In this document: positions 28,181 to 37,370 of the stretch, piece after piece | Numbering within the stretch: position 1 is the first letter of the stretch | Layout: each line of letters opens with the position of its first letter | Source of the DNA: an uncultured Gammaproteobacteria bacterium | Lineage (GTDB): Bacteria > Patescibacteriota > Microgenomatia > UBA8517 | Reading direction: 5' to 3' | DNA: 64,000 bases | Assembly: GCA_964599625.1 (NCBI GenBank) | Contig: CAZRGC010000002.1 | Location: forward strand, 135,883-199,882 | Position numbers and translations under genes: made by a program | Notes under the pieces: generated by a model | What the model was told of the DNA's origin: nothing | What the model saw: the letters and a program-made list of their open reading frames with translations, nothing else | Database searches by the model: none

Positions 28181-29131
28181 CTATCCGCGGTAGCGGATTG
28201 TCACTGTGGCGTTTGAGCCTTTGTCGATTGAAGGTTGGTTGACAACCCGGTTGACAACGACGTGTGCATTGCTGGAAAGTTCCAGATCTGCATCGGTAGC
28301 CGTTCCTTCAAATGTGACAGTTGCGTTACTTGCAGCGTCAACCACAAGTTTGGCTACCTCACCGGAACCTATGACAGCATGGCTATTGCTGGCAATATCA
28401 AGATTGAGCGTTCGGCCCATTGCTCGCTTGACACCAAATGTGGTGCCTGAAGCATTGTCTGCAACCGCGTTGAAGGCAGTCCCGCCAAAGTCAAACAGTG
28501 AGTTTGAAGCCTGTTCCACATCAAGCGATGTTGCAATTCCTTCGCCGATTGTCAGTGTTCCGTTGGAACCAATCTTGGCTTTAACCGCTCCATTAACTCG
28601 CTTCACATTAACTTTGGAGTTGGAGGGCACGGATACCTCAAGTGCAGTCACCTGACCGATGTTGGTGATCTCGCCCTTGGCCTTCATGCTTAGTGCGCAT
28701 TCAACATCTTCGACATTTACTTCGCCGCTTACGCTTCCAATTTCCAGACTCAGGCTTTTGGGAACGTAAACAGTGACACTGATGGGATCAACCTTTTGGC
28801 TTATCGAAATGGCCGAAAAGTTTCCACCGCCACTTAAGCTGAGTATGGTTGAATCAGTGACACCGCCTTCGATAATGAGCGTTGACGAGGCTTTGCCGTT
28901 TTCATCCTCACTCTGCAGGTTTATGACCGTTTGTTTCTTTTGCGGCCCGCCTGAAATGTGGAGTTTGGCTTCGCGTATGCCTGCGACAACACCCGAGATC
29001 GCTTCTTTATTGCCTTCAATTTCTACAACGATCTCGCGACCGATGATTGGTTTGATGGTAAGATTCCCGACCAAGTCGGTGACAACGACAGGCACAAGTG
29101 TGAACTTTTTGCTGATTTTGTCAGAGGCCAT
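28181..29131 (-). CDS. DUF4097-like beta-helical putative adhesin
   Basis: 316 aa of repetitive Gly/Val/Ser/Thr-rich beta strands (...VEIEGNKEAISGVVAGIREAKLHISGG...TVTIRYRG), characteristic of DUF4097/YvlB-type beta-helix proteins. Confidence 0.55.
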   Translation of the reverse strand: MASDKISKKFTLVPVVVTDLVGNLTIKPIIGREIVVEIEGNKEAISGVVAGIREAKLHISGGPQKKQTVINLQSEDENGKASSTLIIEGGVTDSTILSLSGGGNFSAISISQKVDPISVTVYVPKSLSLEIGSVSGEVNVEDVECALSMKAKGEITNIGQVTALEVSVPSNSKVNVKRVNGAVKAKIGSNGTLTIGEGIATSLDVEQASNSLFDFGGTAFNAVADNASGTTFGVKRAMGRTLNLDIASNSHAVIGSGEVAKLVVDAASNATVTFEGTATDADLELSSNAHVVVNRVVNQPSIDKGSNATVTIRYRG

Positions 29132-29305
29132 ATGGGCCCTCCATTCATTAAGATTCAGAATAATTGAAAGTGCTAACTCGAAGTCAAGATTATATCACTT
29201 CAAGCTCAAAAATCAACACTACAGGACATAATATATTTGATTAATAGCTTGTTATTGGGTAAAATTCGCACAAGCAAGAAATATATTGCAGATAAGGAGT
29301 CTTTC

Positions 29306-29644
29306 ATGTCTCTGCGAGCGAAAGTTTTGCTTTTCCTTGCGGCACTTTTAGTGTTATTTGGTTGCTGTTTTTGCGCTTATATCGGTTTCCAATCCGAGGT
29401 TGCCTATATGGAAGCCAATACCAAAGCTTTTGTGGCTTGGGGATGGGAAAGGGAAGTGGTGACACTTTTGGTTCCAGGCGCACAAACGTTCAGTACTCAG
29501 GCCGAAGCACTGGAATATTTGTCGCAATTTGAGAACGACCAGTTTGCATACAAATGCAACGGCGATAGCCAAACCCGCGAAGTAACATATTCGGAACTTG
29601 TTTCTGATTATTGCGAAAAGGGCCTGGTTGCTGTTTACGAGTAG
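29306..29644 (+). CDS. small secreted/membrane-anchored Cys-containing protein
   Basis: Starting at MSLRAKVLLFLAALLVLFGCCFCAYIG (signal/anchor), ~110 aa, with several Cys (CNGDS...DYCEKG). Confidence 0.45.
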   Translation: MSLRAKVLLFLAALLVLFGCCFCAYIGFQSEVAYMEANTKAFVAWGWEREVVTLLVPGAQTFSTQAEALEYLSQFENDQFAYKCNGDSQTREVTYSELVSDYCEKGLVAVYE

Positions 29645-29650
29645 GGTATG

Positions 29651-29690
29651 ACCCGCAGGTTAAAAATACTTGCGGGTTATTTTTTTTCCA
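29651..29690 (+). terminator. rho-independent terminator for 29306-29644
   Basis: acccgcagg-ttaaaaatact-tgcgggt hairpin followed by tattttttttcc. Confidence 0.55.
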
Positions 29691-29750
29691 AAAAAAAGCC
29701 CCCTCGTGCAAACGATCCTTTCGCAAGTTGCGAAAAAATCTCCGAGGGGG
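29680..29750. repeat. copy 2 of exact ~70-bp structured repeat
   Basis: Identical to 28092-28161. Lies immediately 3' of minus-strand gene 29756-29986, where stem plus U-tract on the minus strand gives a terminator configuration. Confidence 0.8.
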
Positions 29751-29755
29751 TGTGG

Positions 29756-29986
29756 TCAGCGACCAACACTTTTTTGATACCAAAGAAACACAAGCCAGCC
29801 TATAAAACTGAGCACAGCACTTGCTGCGATTGCCCAGTAGTTTCCGGGAAAGTGTTCGTAGGCTGCCCAGGCAATGCAAATAACTTGTGCGATTGGCCAG
29901 TTTTCTGCCCAATCTTCTTTAGCAATGGCAATGCCAAAGCTGCCCAAGAGTCCTGCTAAAAAAGAACCTATGACTAGTCCAGCCAT
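29756..29986 (-). CDS. small hydrophobic membrane protein
   Basis: 76 aa with two hydrophobic helices (LVIGSFLAGLLGSFGIAIA / IAASAVLSFIGWLVFLWY). Confidence 0.4.
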   Translation of the reverse strand: MAGLVIGSFLAGLLGSFGIAIAKEDWAENWPIAQVICIAWAAYEHFPGNYWAIAASAVLSFIGWLVFLWYQKSVGR

Positions 29987-30074
29987 GCTAACCTCACAAA
30001 GCGAAATTTTTGAATTTGCTCCGCCGGTTACTTTTTAAATAACCGATGGAACGAATTCAAATTTATTTGTATCG

Positions 30075-30112
30075 GTACCGTCTACAAGTTCAAAAAATTG
30101 TAGACGGTACCA
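30075..30112. repeat. perfect 14-bp inverted repeat ggtaccgtctacaa-N10-ttgtagacggtacc
   Basis: Read directly from the sequence. Located 19 bp 3' of the GC-rich gene 30131-30802. Confidence 0.8.
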
Positions 30113-30130
30113 TTGATACCTTACTTCAGA

Positions 30131-30802
30131 CTAGTTGTCGGCGAGAGCTTTGAACACATACGGTGCAATGCGAACGATGAAGTTCACGAGCGCCAGATAG
30201 ATGTTCATGGAAATCTCGACGGCGGCGGGCCAGGAATCTTCGGTGTACTGAAAGACAATCCGGTTGAAATGGAAGATCAGGTACACAAACCAGAACCCCG
30301 AGGCAAAGATGCCGATGAACCATTCAGCGCGTTGGCTTACAAACCCAACAAGCCCACCAATGGACAAGCCAAGGAGGACAATGAGGATGTAATAGAGCGG
30401 TCTCGCCAGAAACAGGAGGTTTACTCCGCTGAAAAGGCCGATCAATGACGCAACGAGGGTGGCACCAAATGCAATGCCCAACACGGTCAGGGTGGCGCGG
30501 TTGGTTTCTTCAGGGTCCATCTTGTTGAGAGCGCCCAATGCGGCAAAGAAACCACCGAGGTCAGCGGCCACTGCGGCTCCAAACACAAAGAGTGTGCCGT
30601 AGATGAGGAACGCGTTGCCTGTGGCCACGACCGGAGGAATCACAAACCAGATCATGACCAGGGCGAGCACGAAGCTTCCCAAAATCACAAGCCAGTTGAA
30701 GTAGTTCCGGAAAATGTAGGCGGCAATGGTTCCACCGATGAGCATGGTTACGAGCAACTCAAGTGAGCGCTCGAGCAAAGCGATTTGATCAGGTGTGATC
30801 AT
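30131..30802 (-). CDS. polytopic membrane protein (GC-rich gene)
   Basis: 223 aa with at least six hydrophobic helices. Local GC is visibly higher (~55%) than the flanks. Confidence 0.55.
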   Translation of the reverse strand: MITPDQIALLERSLELLVTMLIGGTIAAYIFRNYFNWLVILGSFVLALVMIWFVIPPVVATGNAFLIYGTLFVFGAAVAADLGGFFAALGALNKMDPEETNRATLTVLGIAFGATLVASLIGLFSGVNLLFLARPLYYILIVLLGLSIGGLVGFVSQRAEWFIGIFASGFWFVYLIFHFNRIVFQYTEDSWPAAVEISMNIYLALVNFIVRIAPYVFKALADN

Positions 30803-30998
30803 ATTTTTTTAAACCTTTCGCCGGTTGATTGAGGAATATACAGAAAAACAGAGGGTTTAATTCCGTTTTACTCCTATCCCTCAATCAGTTGTCTGAAGCT
30901 GTAAAAGTACCAAGGTGGATTTTGTCCACCAAGGCTGAATAATAACACAAACAAGCCTAAAAGTCAAGTTATAGGATATAAATATCACGTTTTGGTTA

Positions 30999-31037
30999 CA
31001 AAAAAAGCCCCGGGCAATTTGCTGTCTTGCCTGGGGC
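30999..31037 (-). terminator. rho-independent terminator downstream of 31043-31252
   Basis: Minus-strand reading gccccaggcaagacagcaaattgcccggggc followed by tttttttgt. Confidence 0.5.
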
Positions 31038-31042
31038 GTGTG

Positions 31043-31252
31043 TCAAAAGGAGTTGGCGATAGCGCTTACCAAAAGGTAAATCAGATACCCAATGAGTACT
31101 GCTATCCCCGCAAGCCCTTCGACTAAAAGCGTAAACCACGCAGTCTCGTGTGCTTCGTCGCCGAAAACTCCCAGGAGTCCCAAAAGATGCACAATCGGGA
31201 AGTTTAGGTATACGAAAAACCAAATACAGCCCATAAAAACTCCTAAAAACAC
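31043..31252 (-). CDS. small membrane protein
   Basis: 69 aa, two hydrophobic helices. Abuts the upstream gene (31253). Confidence 0.35.
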   Translation of the reverse strand: MFLGVFMGCIWFFVYLNFPIVHLLGLLGVFGDEAHETAWFTLLVEGLAGIAVLIGYLIYLLVSAIANSF

Positions 31253-31705
31253 CTATGAGTCGTAGGTGAAATGTATGTCTGCAGACTGAGCCAAAAATGT
31301 TTGTGAGCCTGGTTCGTATATCTGAACATTAAACTTCAAGTCGGCATGTCCTTTTGCCATGTGCAACTCGTCGTATGGCATAAATATAACCAGATCGTTG
31401 TAATGGCTGTTTACATACGGCAGGTTTAACTTTTGGGAAACGCTAACCTCACCGGTTACTGTTCGGTAAGCTTTGTTAGTGTCCTTTAGGGCTTGGCCGC
31501 TCTTGTAATAAAAGTAAGCCACTGCTTTGACATCCAATCCTTGGCAACCATTTACATCGAAACGTAAATGAATACGCATACCTTTGACGCCACCTTCGTG
31601 TACGTTGTGATCTACCCAAACATTCTCGAATTTGGCGGATTTAGGCGTTTGAGTACTTGGTTTCTGGGCATTGCGGATTACTATTTTAAAGTTTGGAATT
31701 AACAT
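31253..31705 (-). CDS. hypothetical protein
   Basis: ORF 31253..31843 trimmed to MLIPNF (31705), so it starts 2 bp after the upstream stop codon rather than overlapping 137 bp. Confidence 0.45.
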   Translation of the reverse strand: MLIPNFKIVIRNAQKPSTQTPKSAKFENVWVDHNVHEGGVKGMRIHLRFDVNGCQGLDVKAVAYFYYKSGQALKDTNKAYRTVTGEVSVSQKLNLPYVNSHYNDLVIFMPYDELHMAKGHADLKFNVQIYEPGSQTFLAQSADIHFTYDS

Positions 31706-31706
31706 C

Positions 31707-32501
31707 TCAGAATCCTGCCTTTTGGATTGCGACGTCCCAAGTCCGCATTTCATTGTAGATAATCTGCGCCGAGGATCTTGCTCCATATTGTTGGACAGCC
31801 AGATTTGGGTCAACCAATAATTTACTGGTCCGGCTTGGGTCATAAAGGTCCATTACATGTGTTACCAATGTGTTGTAGGCAACTGCTTGACCATAAATAA
31901 CCTTATTAACACCGTATGCAGCTGTATCATAAATACTGACTACAGGGATGAGTGCGGCAGCACCAACAGATATTCCGAGAGCTCCCGCGGTCGTCTTGTC
32001 GTACCCGTCTTTCAATGCAAGGTCGACAATTTCCTTTGCACCAAAAGTAGCTCCTGCAACACTCAACGCTTTATCCGGGACGTTCACCATTTGTATAAGC
32101 TTTTGCATAGCTTGGTAAGCTTCGCCGTAGGCCTTAAGGCTTGAAACTATGAAACCGGCTCCGCTAGCAAACTGATTTAAGGCTTCAATCTGTGCCTTGG
32201 TCAGTTGCTTGGTTTCGTTGGGTTGCGGAAAGACCAACTGCGTTTTTGGATCAGGGCTCGTTGAGTTTCGGCCGCTGCTTAATGGGTTAAAATCTGCTTT
32301 ACTCATCTCACGAATCGACGGCCCACTGCTCATTCTGAGGTCGTTATCGGCATGCGGATTATTTTTCCAAAACTCTGTTGCTTTCTGCTTCATTTTTTTG
32401 TCGCAGGAAGGACAAAGTTCGGGAGGGACGTCAAACATTCCCCCACCTTCATATTGAAAATCTTTACCACATTTTCCACATTTCTTGGTATAGATAGCCA
32501 T
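31707..32501 (-). CDS. hypothetical protein with N-terminal CxxC...CxxC zinc ribbon
   Basis: N-terminus MAIYTKKCGKCGKDFQYEGGGMFDVPPELCPSCDKKMK has 2x CxxC. Remainder Ala/Gly-rich. 264 aa. Confidence 0.5.
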   Translation of the reverse strand: MAIYTKKCGKCGKDFQYEGGGMFDVPPELCPSCDKKMKQKATEFWKNNPHADNDLRMSSGPSIREMSKADFNPLSSGRNSTSPDPKTQLVFPQPNETKQLTKAQIEALNQFASGAGFIVSSLKAYGEAYQAMQKLIQMVNVPDKALSVAGATFGAKEIVDLALKDGYDKTTAGALGISVGAAALIPVVSIYDTAAYGVNKVIYGQAVAYNTLVTHVMDLYDPSRTSKLLVDPNLAVQQYGARSSAQIIYNEMRTWDVAIQKAGF

Positions 32502-32645
32502 ATATACTCCTATCTGTTAAAGTACTCTGCAAAATTGCAGGGCGAGCGCAGTTTATCCTATCTGCCTATTTTTTCCAAGTAAGCCCGTTGGTGCTTGTTT
32601 CATCACGATTTGGTATAATACACATACTTTCTTTAAGTCATTCCG

Positions 32646-33521
32646 ATGCGAAAATTCTTAGCGGTACTGATTGCGTTTTTTGGCCTTTTAGCCTTTGGGG
32701 CAACCTCTTTGGTGGCCAAAACCCCAACACCATCCCCCACGCCTACTGCTGTTGCCACACCCACACCCGAACCTCCCAGGGTGGACATTACCCAAAAGAG
32801 TGAAGAAAGCCTTGGACCTTTGGAAATGCTACTTAAAACTCAGGAAGTTGGCCCAACTTGGCCGTGGAATCCTGTCAAAACCGCCATCAGGGGGGCAGTG
32901 GATAGCGGGGTTCCTGCAAACACAATTGTACTTCTCCTTCTTTTACCGATTGTGGCTTTTGTTATCGCCTTTTCCAGAAACGTTGTAGGTATTCGCGGAT
33001 TCGGTATTTTTATGCCCGCGGCACTTTCTGTGGTGTTTGTGGCCACGGGGCCGGTTGTGGGGATTGCCGTATTTTTGGTGATCGTTATTGTTTCCACCGC
33101 GGTGAGACTTGCACTCAGAAAAGTCAAACTCAGACTCCAGTATTTGCCCAGGATGGCATTTATATTGTGGGGGGTGGTTCTTGGGGTTTTGGGAGTCCTT
33201 TTTACCGCACCCATTATCAAATATCCCGACCTTTCAAATGTTTCTATTTTTGCAATTCTGATCATGATTCTTTTGGCGGAGGACTTTACCCGAGTTCAGC
33301 TTGGCAAAAGTGCCAAAACAGCCCTAGGGCTTACATTTGAAACTTTGATTTTGGCACTTATTTCATTCCTGTTTTTGACTCTACAGCCTTTGCAAAATTA
33401 CGTTCTTCTTAATCCCGAGGCGTCCCTTATCGGTATAGCCATCTTGGACCTCCTTCTTGGGAAATATACTGGGCTTAGGGCAATGGAGTTCTACAGGTTC
33501 AGAAAACTTATCAAAAACTAA
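32646..33521 (+). CDS. secreted 7TM-type membrane protein (first gene of ATP-grasp operon)
   Basis: Signal peptide MRKFLAVLIAFFGLLAFGATSLVA, Pro/Thr linker TPTPSPTPTAVATPTPEPP, a ~50-aa extracytoplasmic segment, then about seven hydrophobic helices to the C-terminus. 291 aa. Confidence 0.6.
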   Translation: MRKFLAVLIAFFGLLAFGATSLVAKTPTPSPTPTAVATPTPEPPRVDITQKSEESLGPLEMLLKTQEVGPTWPWNPVKTAIRGAVDSGVPANTIVLLLLLPIVAFVIAFSRNVVGIRGFGIFMPAALSVVFVATGPVVGIAVFLVIVIVSTAVRLALRKVKLRLQYLPRMAFILWGVVLGVLGVLFTAPIIKYPDLSNVSIFAILIMILLAEDFTRVQLGKSAKTALGLTFETLILALISFLFLTLQPLQNYVLLNPEASLIGIAILDLLLGKYTGLRAMEFYRFRKLIKN

Positions 33522-33533
33522 AAACTGACTTAA

Positions 33534-34829
33534 ATGAAAATCTCATCCATCTTGGGTTTGAACGCCAGAACTCAGCTTTTTGCTTACCGCTACAACTCAA
33601 AGGCAGGCAAAAAAGTTGCGGATTCCAAATTGCAAACTGCAAGAGTTCTTAAGCACGAGGGTGTGCCTCATCCTACAATCTACAAAAAGTTTCGCGACCC
33701 GCAACAGGTGTTGGATTTTGATTGGATGCGCCTTCCCGAAAAGTTTGCCCTAAAGCCAAGCAGGGGTTTGGGTGGTGCCGGAATAATTGTTGTAAAGAAA
33801 AAGTCTGCAGACGGGAAAGGGTGGTTCACCACTCAAAAAGAAAAAGTAACACCCGATGATCTTAAACTTCATACTTTGGATATTCTCGAGGGTGCTTTTT
33901 CGTTGGGTAGTGAGCCCGATGTTGCTTTTGTCCAGGAGTATGTAGGTCGGCACGAAGCTTTCCGTAAATGGGCATTCAGAGGCACCCCCGATGTACGTGT
34001 AATTGTATTCAACAAAGTCCCGATTATGGCAATGTTAAGACTTCCCACCAGGGAATCGGGGGGGCGTGCCAACTTGCACCAAGGCGCACTTGGTGTGGGT
34101 GTAGATATTGCAACAGGTGTAACAACACGGGCAATATGGCATGGCGACCCGATTGTTTTCAAACCCGGCACGGACAAAAAACTCAGGGGAATTAAAGTTC
34201 CTGAGTGGGAGAATGTACTAATGACTGCAGTTAATGCCCAGGTGGCATCAGGATTGACATATATTGGTGTAGACATCGTGCTTCATCCAACAAAAGGCCC
34301 AATGGTTTTGGAGCTTAACGCCCAACCCGGACTTCAAATTCAGCTTGCCAATATGGAAGGCCTCAAAAAACGCCTGGAAAGGGTGGAAGACTTGGATGTA
34401 AGTGACGCCAAACATGGAGTCATGATTGCCAAGGCTCTTTTTGCTGGGCGATTTGCCAGCGCAAAGGCAATGGAAGCCGGGGTTAAGACTATTAAAAACG
34501 ATGAAGTAGTAAAAATACTTCTGCCCAACGGCAGGCGTGTGACGGTAAATGCCAAAGTGGACACCGGTGCGTGGAGAAGCTCGATTGATAAGTCGTTTGC
34601 CGAACGTCACGGTTTATTGGATAATGAAAATGTACTTTGGACCAAGGTTTTCAAAAGTGCATTGGGAAGTGAAAAACGCCCTGTAATCAACCTGAGTTAT
34701 TATCTGGCGGGAAACAAGATCAATACAATGGCGTCAGTAGCCAATAGGGGCAACCTCAAAAAAGAATTCATAATTGGCAGACGGGATTTGCAGGGATTTG
34801 TTGTAAAAGTTAACGATTACACGAAGTGA
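33534..34829 (+). CDS. ATP-grasp ligase fused to C-terminal retropepsin-like aspartic peptidase domain
   Basis: The N-terminal ~300 aa show the ATP-grasp pattern (KPSRGLGGAGIIVV, VQEYVGRHEAFR, DVRVIVFNKVPIMAMLR). The C-terminal ~110 aa have VTVNAKVDTGAWRSSID (D-T-G-A active-site motif of retropepsin-like 'Zn_protease' domains) and ...IIGRRDLQGFVVKV. Confidence 0.65.
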   Translation: MKISSILGLNARTQLFAYRYNSKAGKKVADSKLQTARVLKHEGVPHPTIYKKFRDPQQVLDFDWMRLPEKFALKPSRGLGGAGIIVVKKKSADGKGWFTTQKEKVTPDDLKLHTLDILEGAFSLGSEPDVAFVQEYVGRHEAFRKWAFRGTPDVRVIVFNKVPIMAMLRLPTRESGGRANLHQGALGVGVDIATGVTTRAIWHGDPIVFKPGTDKKLRGIKVPEWENVLMTAVNAQVASGLTYIGVDIVLHPTKGPMVLELNAQPGLQIQLANMEGLKKRLERVEDLDVSDAKHGVMIAKALFAGRFASAKAMEAGVKTIKNDEVVKILLPNGRRVTVNAKVDTGAWRSSIDKSFAERHGLLDNENVLWTKVFKSALGSEKRPVINLSYYLAGNKINTMASVANRGNLKKEFIIGRRDLQGFVVKVNDYTK

Positions 34830-34848
34830 TGAAATACACAAAAAGATA

Positions 34849-35745
34849 ATGGAGCAAAAGAAAATACTAATACTGGTAACCAAAATAAGTGAAACCAAAA
34901 ACAGGTTTTACGATGCCATAAGTGCAAAAATCTCCAAAGATGTAAAAGTTGATTTAGCCGTTTTTTCGGATATTGGAGTAGTTATTGATGGAGAAAAGAC
35001 TTCGGTTTTCATTGATGACACAGACATCAAAAATTACAACCTTATATACATAAGGAGATCTGGTGAGGAATACAAAAAGCTGGCTTCAATTGTTGCGCTT
35101 TATTGCCATTCCAAGGGGGTCAAGTGTTTGGATTCCGCCAACAGGGAAGCGGGAACTTTTTCCAACAAGTTGTATTCACTTCTTAAACTTCACAACGAAG
35201 GTTTTCCTGTCATACCCACCGTTATGGTCAACAGGAAAAAAGTTTTGCAGGAGGCGGACGGACTTGTTGCCAGATTTGGTTTACCGATGGTTGCCAAAGA
35301 TACTCATTCCCAACGCGGTAAAGGAGTTTTTTTGATCAAAGAAAAAGATGACTTCCAAACGGTTTTGGACAAAGTTTCCGACAATCAGCTGATGTTTCAA
35401 AAGTTTATAGAAAAGAAAAGAGAATACAGGGTTCTTGTTCTCAGAAACAAAATAGGTTGTTTCGAAGAAAAAGTAGCAGACCCTGGAGAGTTTCGGAACA
35501 ATGTTTCCCTGGGTGCTGCCGAGCTTTTTTTGGACATAGATTCTATCCCCACAACACTCAAAGACTTGGCTGTAAATGCCGCGGGGGCATTGGGGATTGA
35601 GATTGCAGGCGTAGACATTATAGAAGCGGTTGATGGCAACGATTACATTTTGGAAGTAAACAGGGGCCCGGGACTTACGTATGATTCTTCCGAATCTCCC
35701 GAAACCGCTAACATAGCAAAATTCCTGGAGGAGGAAGTCCAATGA
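34849..35745 (+). CDS. RimK-like ATP-grasp ligase (alpha-L-glutamate-ligase family)
   Basis: Pre-ATP-grasp region LIYIRRSGE..., GLPMVAKDTHSQRGKGVFLIKEKDDF and FQKFIEKKREYRVLVLRNK (central domain), GVDIIEAVDGNDYILEVNRGPGL (catalytic Mg site). 298 aa. Confidence 0.75.
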   Translation: MEQKKILILVTKISETKNRFYDAISAKISKDVKVDLAVFSDIGVVIDGEKTSVFIDDTDIKNYNLIYIRRSGEEYKKLASIVALYCHSKGVKCLDSANREAGTFSNKLYSLLKLHNEGFPVIPTVMVNRKKVLQEADGLVARFGLPMVAKDTHSQRGKGVFLIKEKDDFQTVLDKVSDNQLMFQKFIEKKREYRVLVLRNKIGCFEEKVADPGEFRNNVSLGAAELFLDIDSIPTTLKDLAVNAAGALGIEIAGVDIIEAVDGNDYILEVNRGPGLTYDSSESPETANIAKFLEEEVQ

Positions 35746-36680
35746 AAAATATCGGCATCTGTTTCTCCAAAGAATTTGAAGGTGATAACCCCCTGGGTCA
35801 CATTGGCGTAAAACTTCCTGTTTATACAAGGCTTTTAGATCTTTTGGTTAAAGCGGGTTATTCGGCATTTGTATTGACAAAAAAGACATATGTTGGCGGC
35901 GGTGTCTTTGATGGTGTTTGGGAGTGGGGGGATATGGGTTTTGAAAAGCTGGACGAAAAAGTGCAGATGGATTTGGTGTATGACAGAAGCGCAGGCGTGG
36001 GTTTCCCACCCGAAGATGACGGGGTAATCTGGGTCAATAGAATCAGTTTTAAGACACTTTGCTGGGATAAATGGGCTGGGTTTAAAGAAATCGGTGAATA
36101 TATGCCTCAAACAGTGTTAGTTGAGTCGGAATCTGACATATCTAAAGCTGTGGAAGAAATAAAAACCGATTGGGTAGTTCTCAAACCTTTCAACGGACTC
36201 AAAGGTCTTGGGGTATTTATCGGACCAAAAGATGAAGCCGTAAGGTTTAAGTTCCCCGAAAAATACAAAAAATACATTGCACAGGAATTTGTGGACACAT
36301 CAAAAGGTATTACCGGTGTGACACCGGGTAAACACGACTTGAGAGTGGCGGTGGTAAATAGAGAACCTGTTTGGTGCCATGTAAGAGTCCCGGCAGAAGG
36401 AACATATTTGGCAAATGCGGCTCAGGGCGGAAACCTAACCGAAGTTGATTACAATAATGTTCCATCTGAGATAAAAAAGGTCGTGGAATCGGTTTCGGAG
36501 AAGTTCTATCAAGAACACGACAACCCCATTTTCAGTTTAGATTTCGGCATGAATTTTGACGGAAGGCCTTTGATTTTTGAAATAAATGATCAAATAGGTT
36601 TTCCCAAATGGGAAATGAACAATAGAGATATTTTTTTGAAAGCATTGGTTGCAAACTTCAGTTCAAAGCTTGGCAAGTGA
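35742..36680 (+). CDS. ATP-grasp-fold ligase (third, divergent)
   Basis: VLKPFNGLKGLGVFIGPKDEAV and ...KHDLRVAVVNREPVWCHVRVP...LDFGMNFDGRPLIFEINDQIGFP follow the ATP-grasp order. Start overlaps the previous gene by 4 bp. Confidence 0.6.
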   Translation: MKNIGICFSKEFEGDNPLGHIGVKLPVYTRLLDLLVKAGYSAFVLTKKTYVGGGVFDGVWEWGDMGFEKLDEKVQMDLVYDRSAGVGFPPEDDGVIWVNRISFKTLCWDKWAGFKEIGEYMPQTVLVESESDISKAVEEIKTDWVVLKPFNGLKGLGVFIGPKDEAVRFKFPEKYKKYIAQEFVDTSKGITGVTPGKHDLRVAVVNREPVWCHVRVPAEGTYLANAAQGGNLTEVDYNNVPSEIKKVVESVSEKFYQEHDNPIFSLDFGMNFDGRPLIFEINDQIGFPKWEMNNRDIFLKALVANFSSKLGK

Positions 36681-36692
36681 TACAATTGCGGT

Positions 36693-37259
36693 ATGGAAAA
36701 AGTCACATATAGGACCCCTGAACAAAGCTATGAAACATTTAATAAATGGCTTCAAGATTTAACTGTTGAAGGAAAAGTGGGGGATATAGAACCCTCCGTG
36801 GTACGTTTTGTTTTGGAAGGAATGGGGGCCAATTTTGAAATAAGCGAAAGCGAAAGGGAGTCTTTGGGCAAGTATTCCAACAAAGGAAAAAGGGAGGGAC
36901 TCAATGCAGTTTGGGGAACAGATAAGATAGACACTTTTAAATCCTGGGTGATAGGCGAGTATATTCCGTATATAGAGAAAGCAGCAGGTCGGGATCTCCA
37001 CACTTTGTATGACAAAAAGACTGATACATATGACGATGTAAAACATTCAGGGATGATGCAATTTTTGGGAGAGCTAACTGCATATGCATCTGAGCAGATG
37101 GATTTTGATAAGTACAAAAGAATAACTGAGAACCGGTATTCAAAAGGGAAACATTGGCAATACGGAGATCGTGAAGAAAAATACGTCCCAAGCAAAAATT
37201 CCTCGTTCCCGGTAGATTTTCCACGCAAGGCGATAGACAGACTTAGTGCCTCATTTTAG
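36693..37259 (+). CDS. hypothetical protein (last gene of ATP-grasp operon)
   Basis: 188 aa, 12 bp after the preceding gene. Acidic/aromatic. No motif. Confidence 0.45.
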   Translation: MEKVTYRTPEQSYETFNKWLQDLTVEGKVGDIEPSVVRFVLEGMGANFEISESERESLGKYSNKGKREGLNAVWGTDKIDTFKSWVIGEYIPYIEKAAGRDLHTLYDKKTDTYDDVKHSGMMQFLGELTAYASEQMDFDKYKRITENRYSKGKHWQYGDREEKYVPSKNSSFPVDFPRKAIDRLSASF

Positions 37260-37370
37260 GCCTTTTTTATCATTTTTGAATACATACTTAGAACTTCACT
37301 TTGTGAAAATAACAATACTTTCACGGACCGAAGTTAATACGAACCATTTTTGAGTAATAAATTAATGCCA

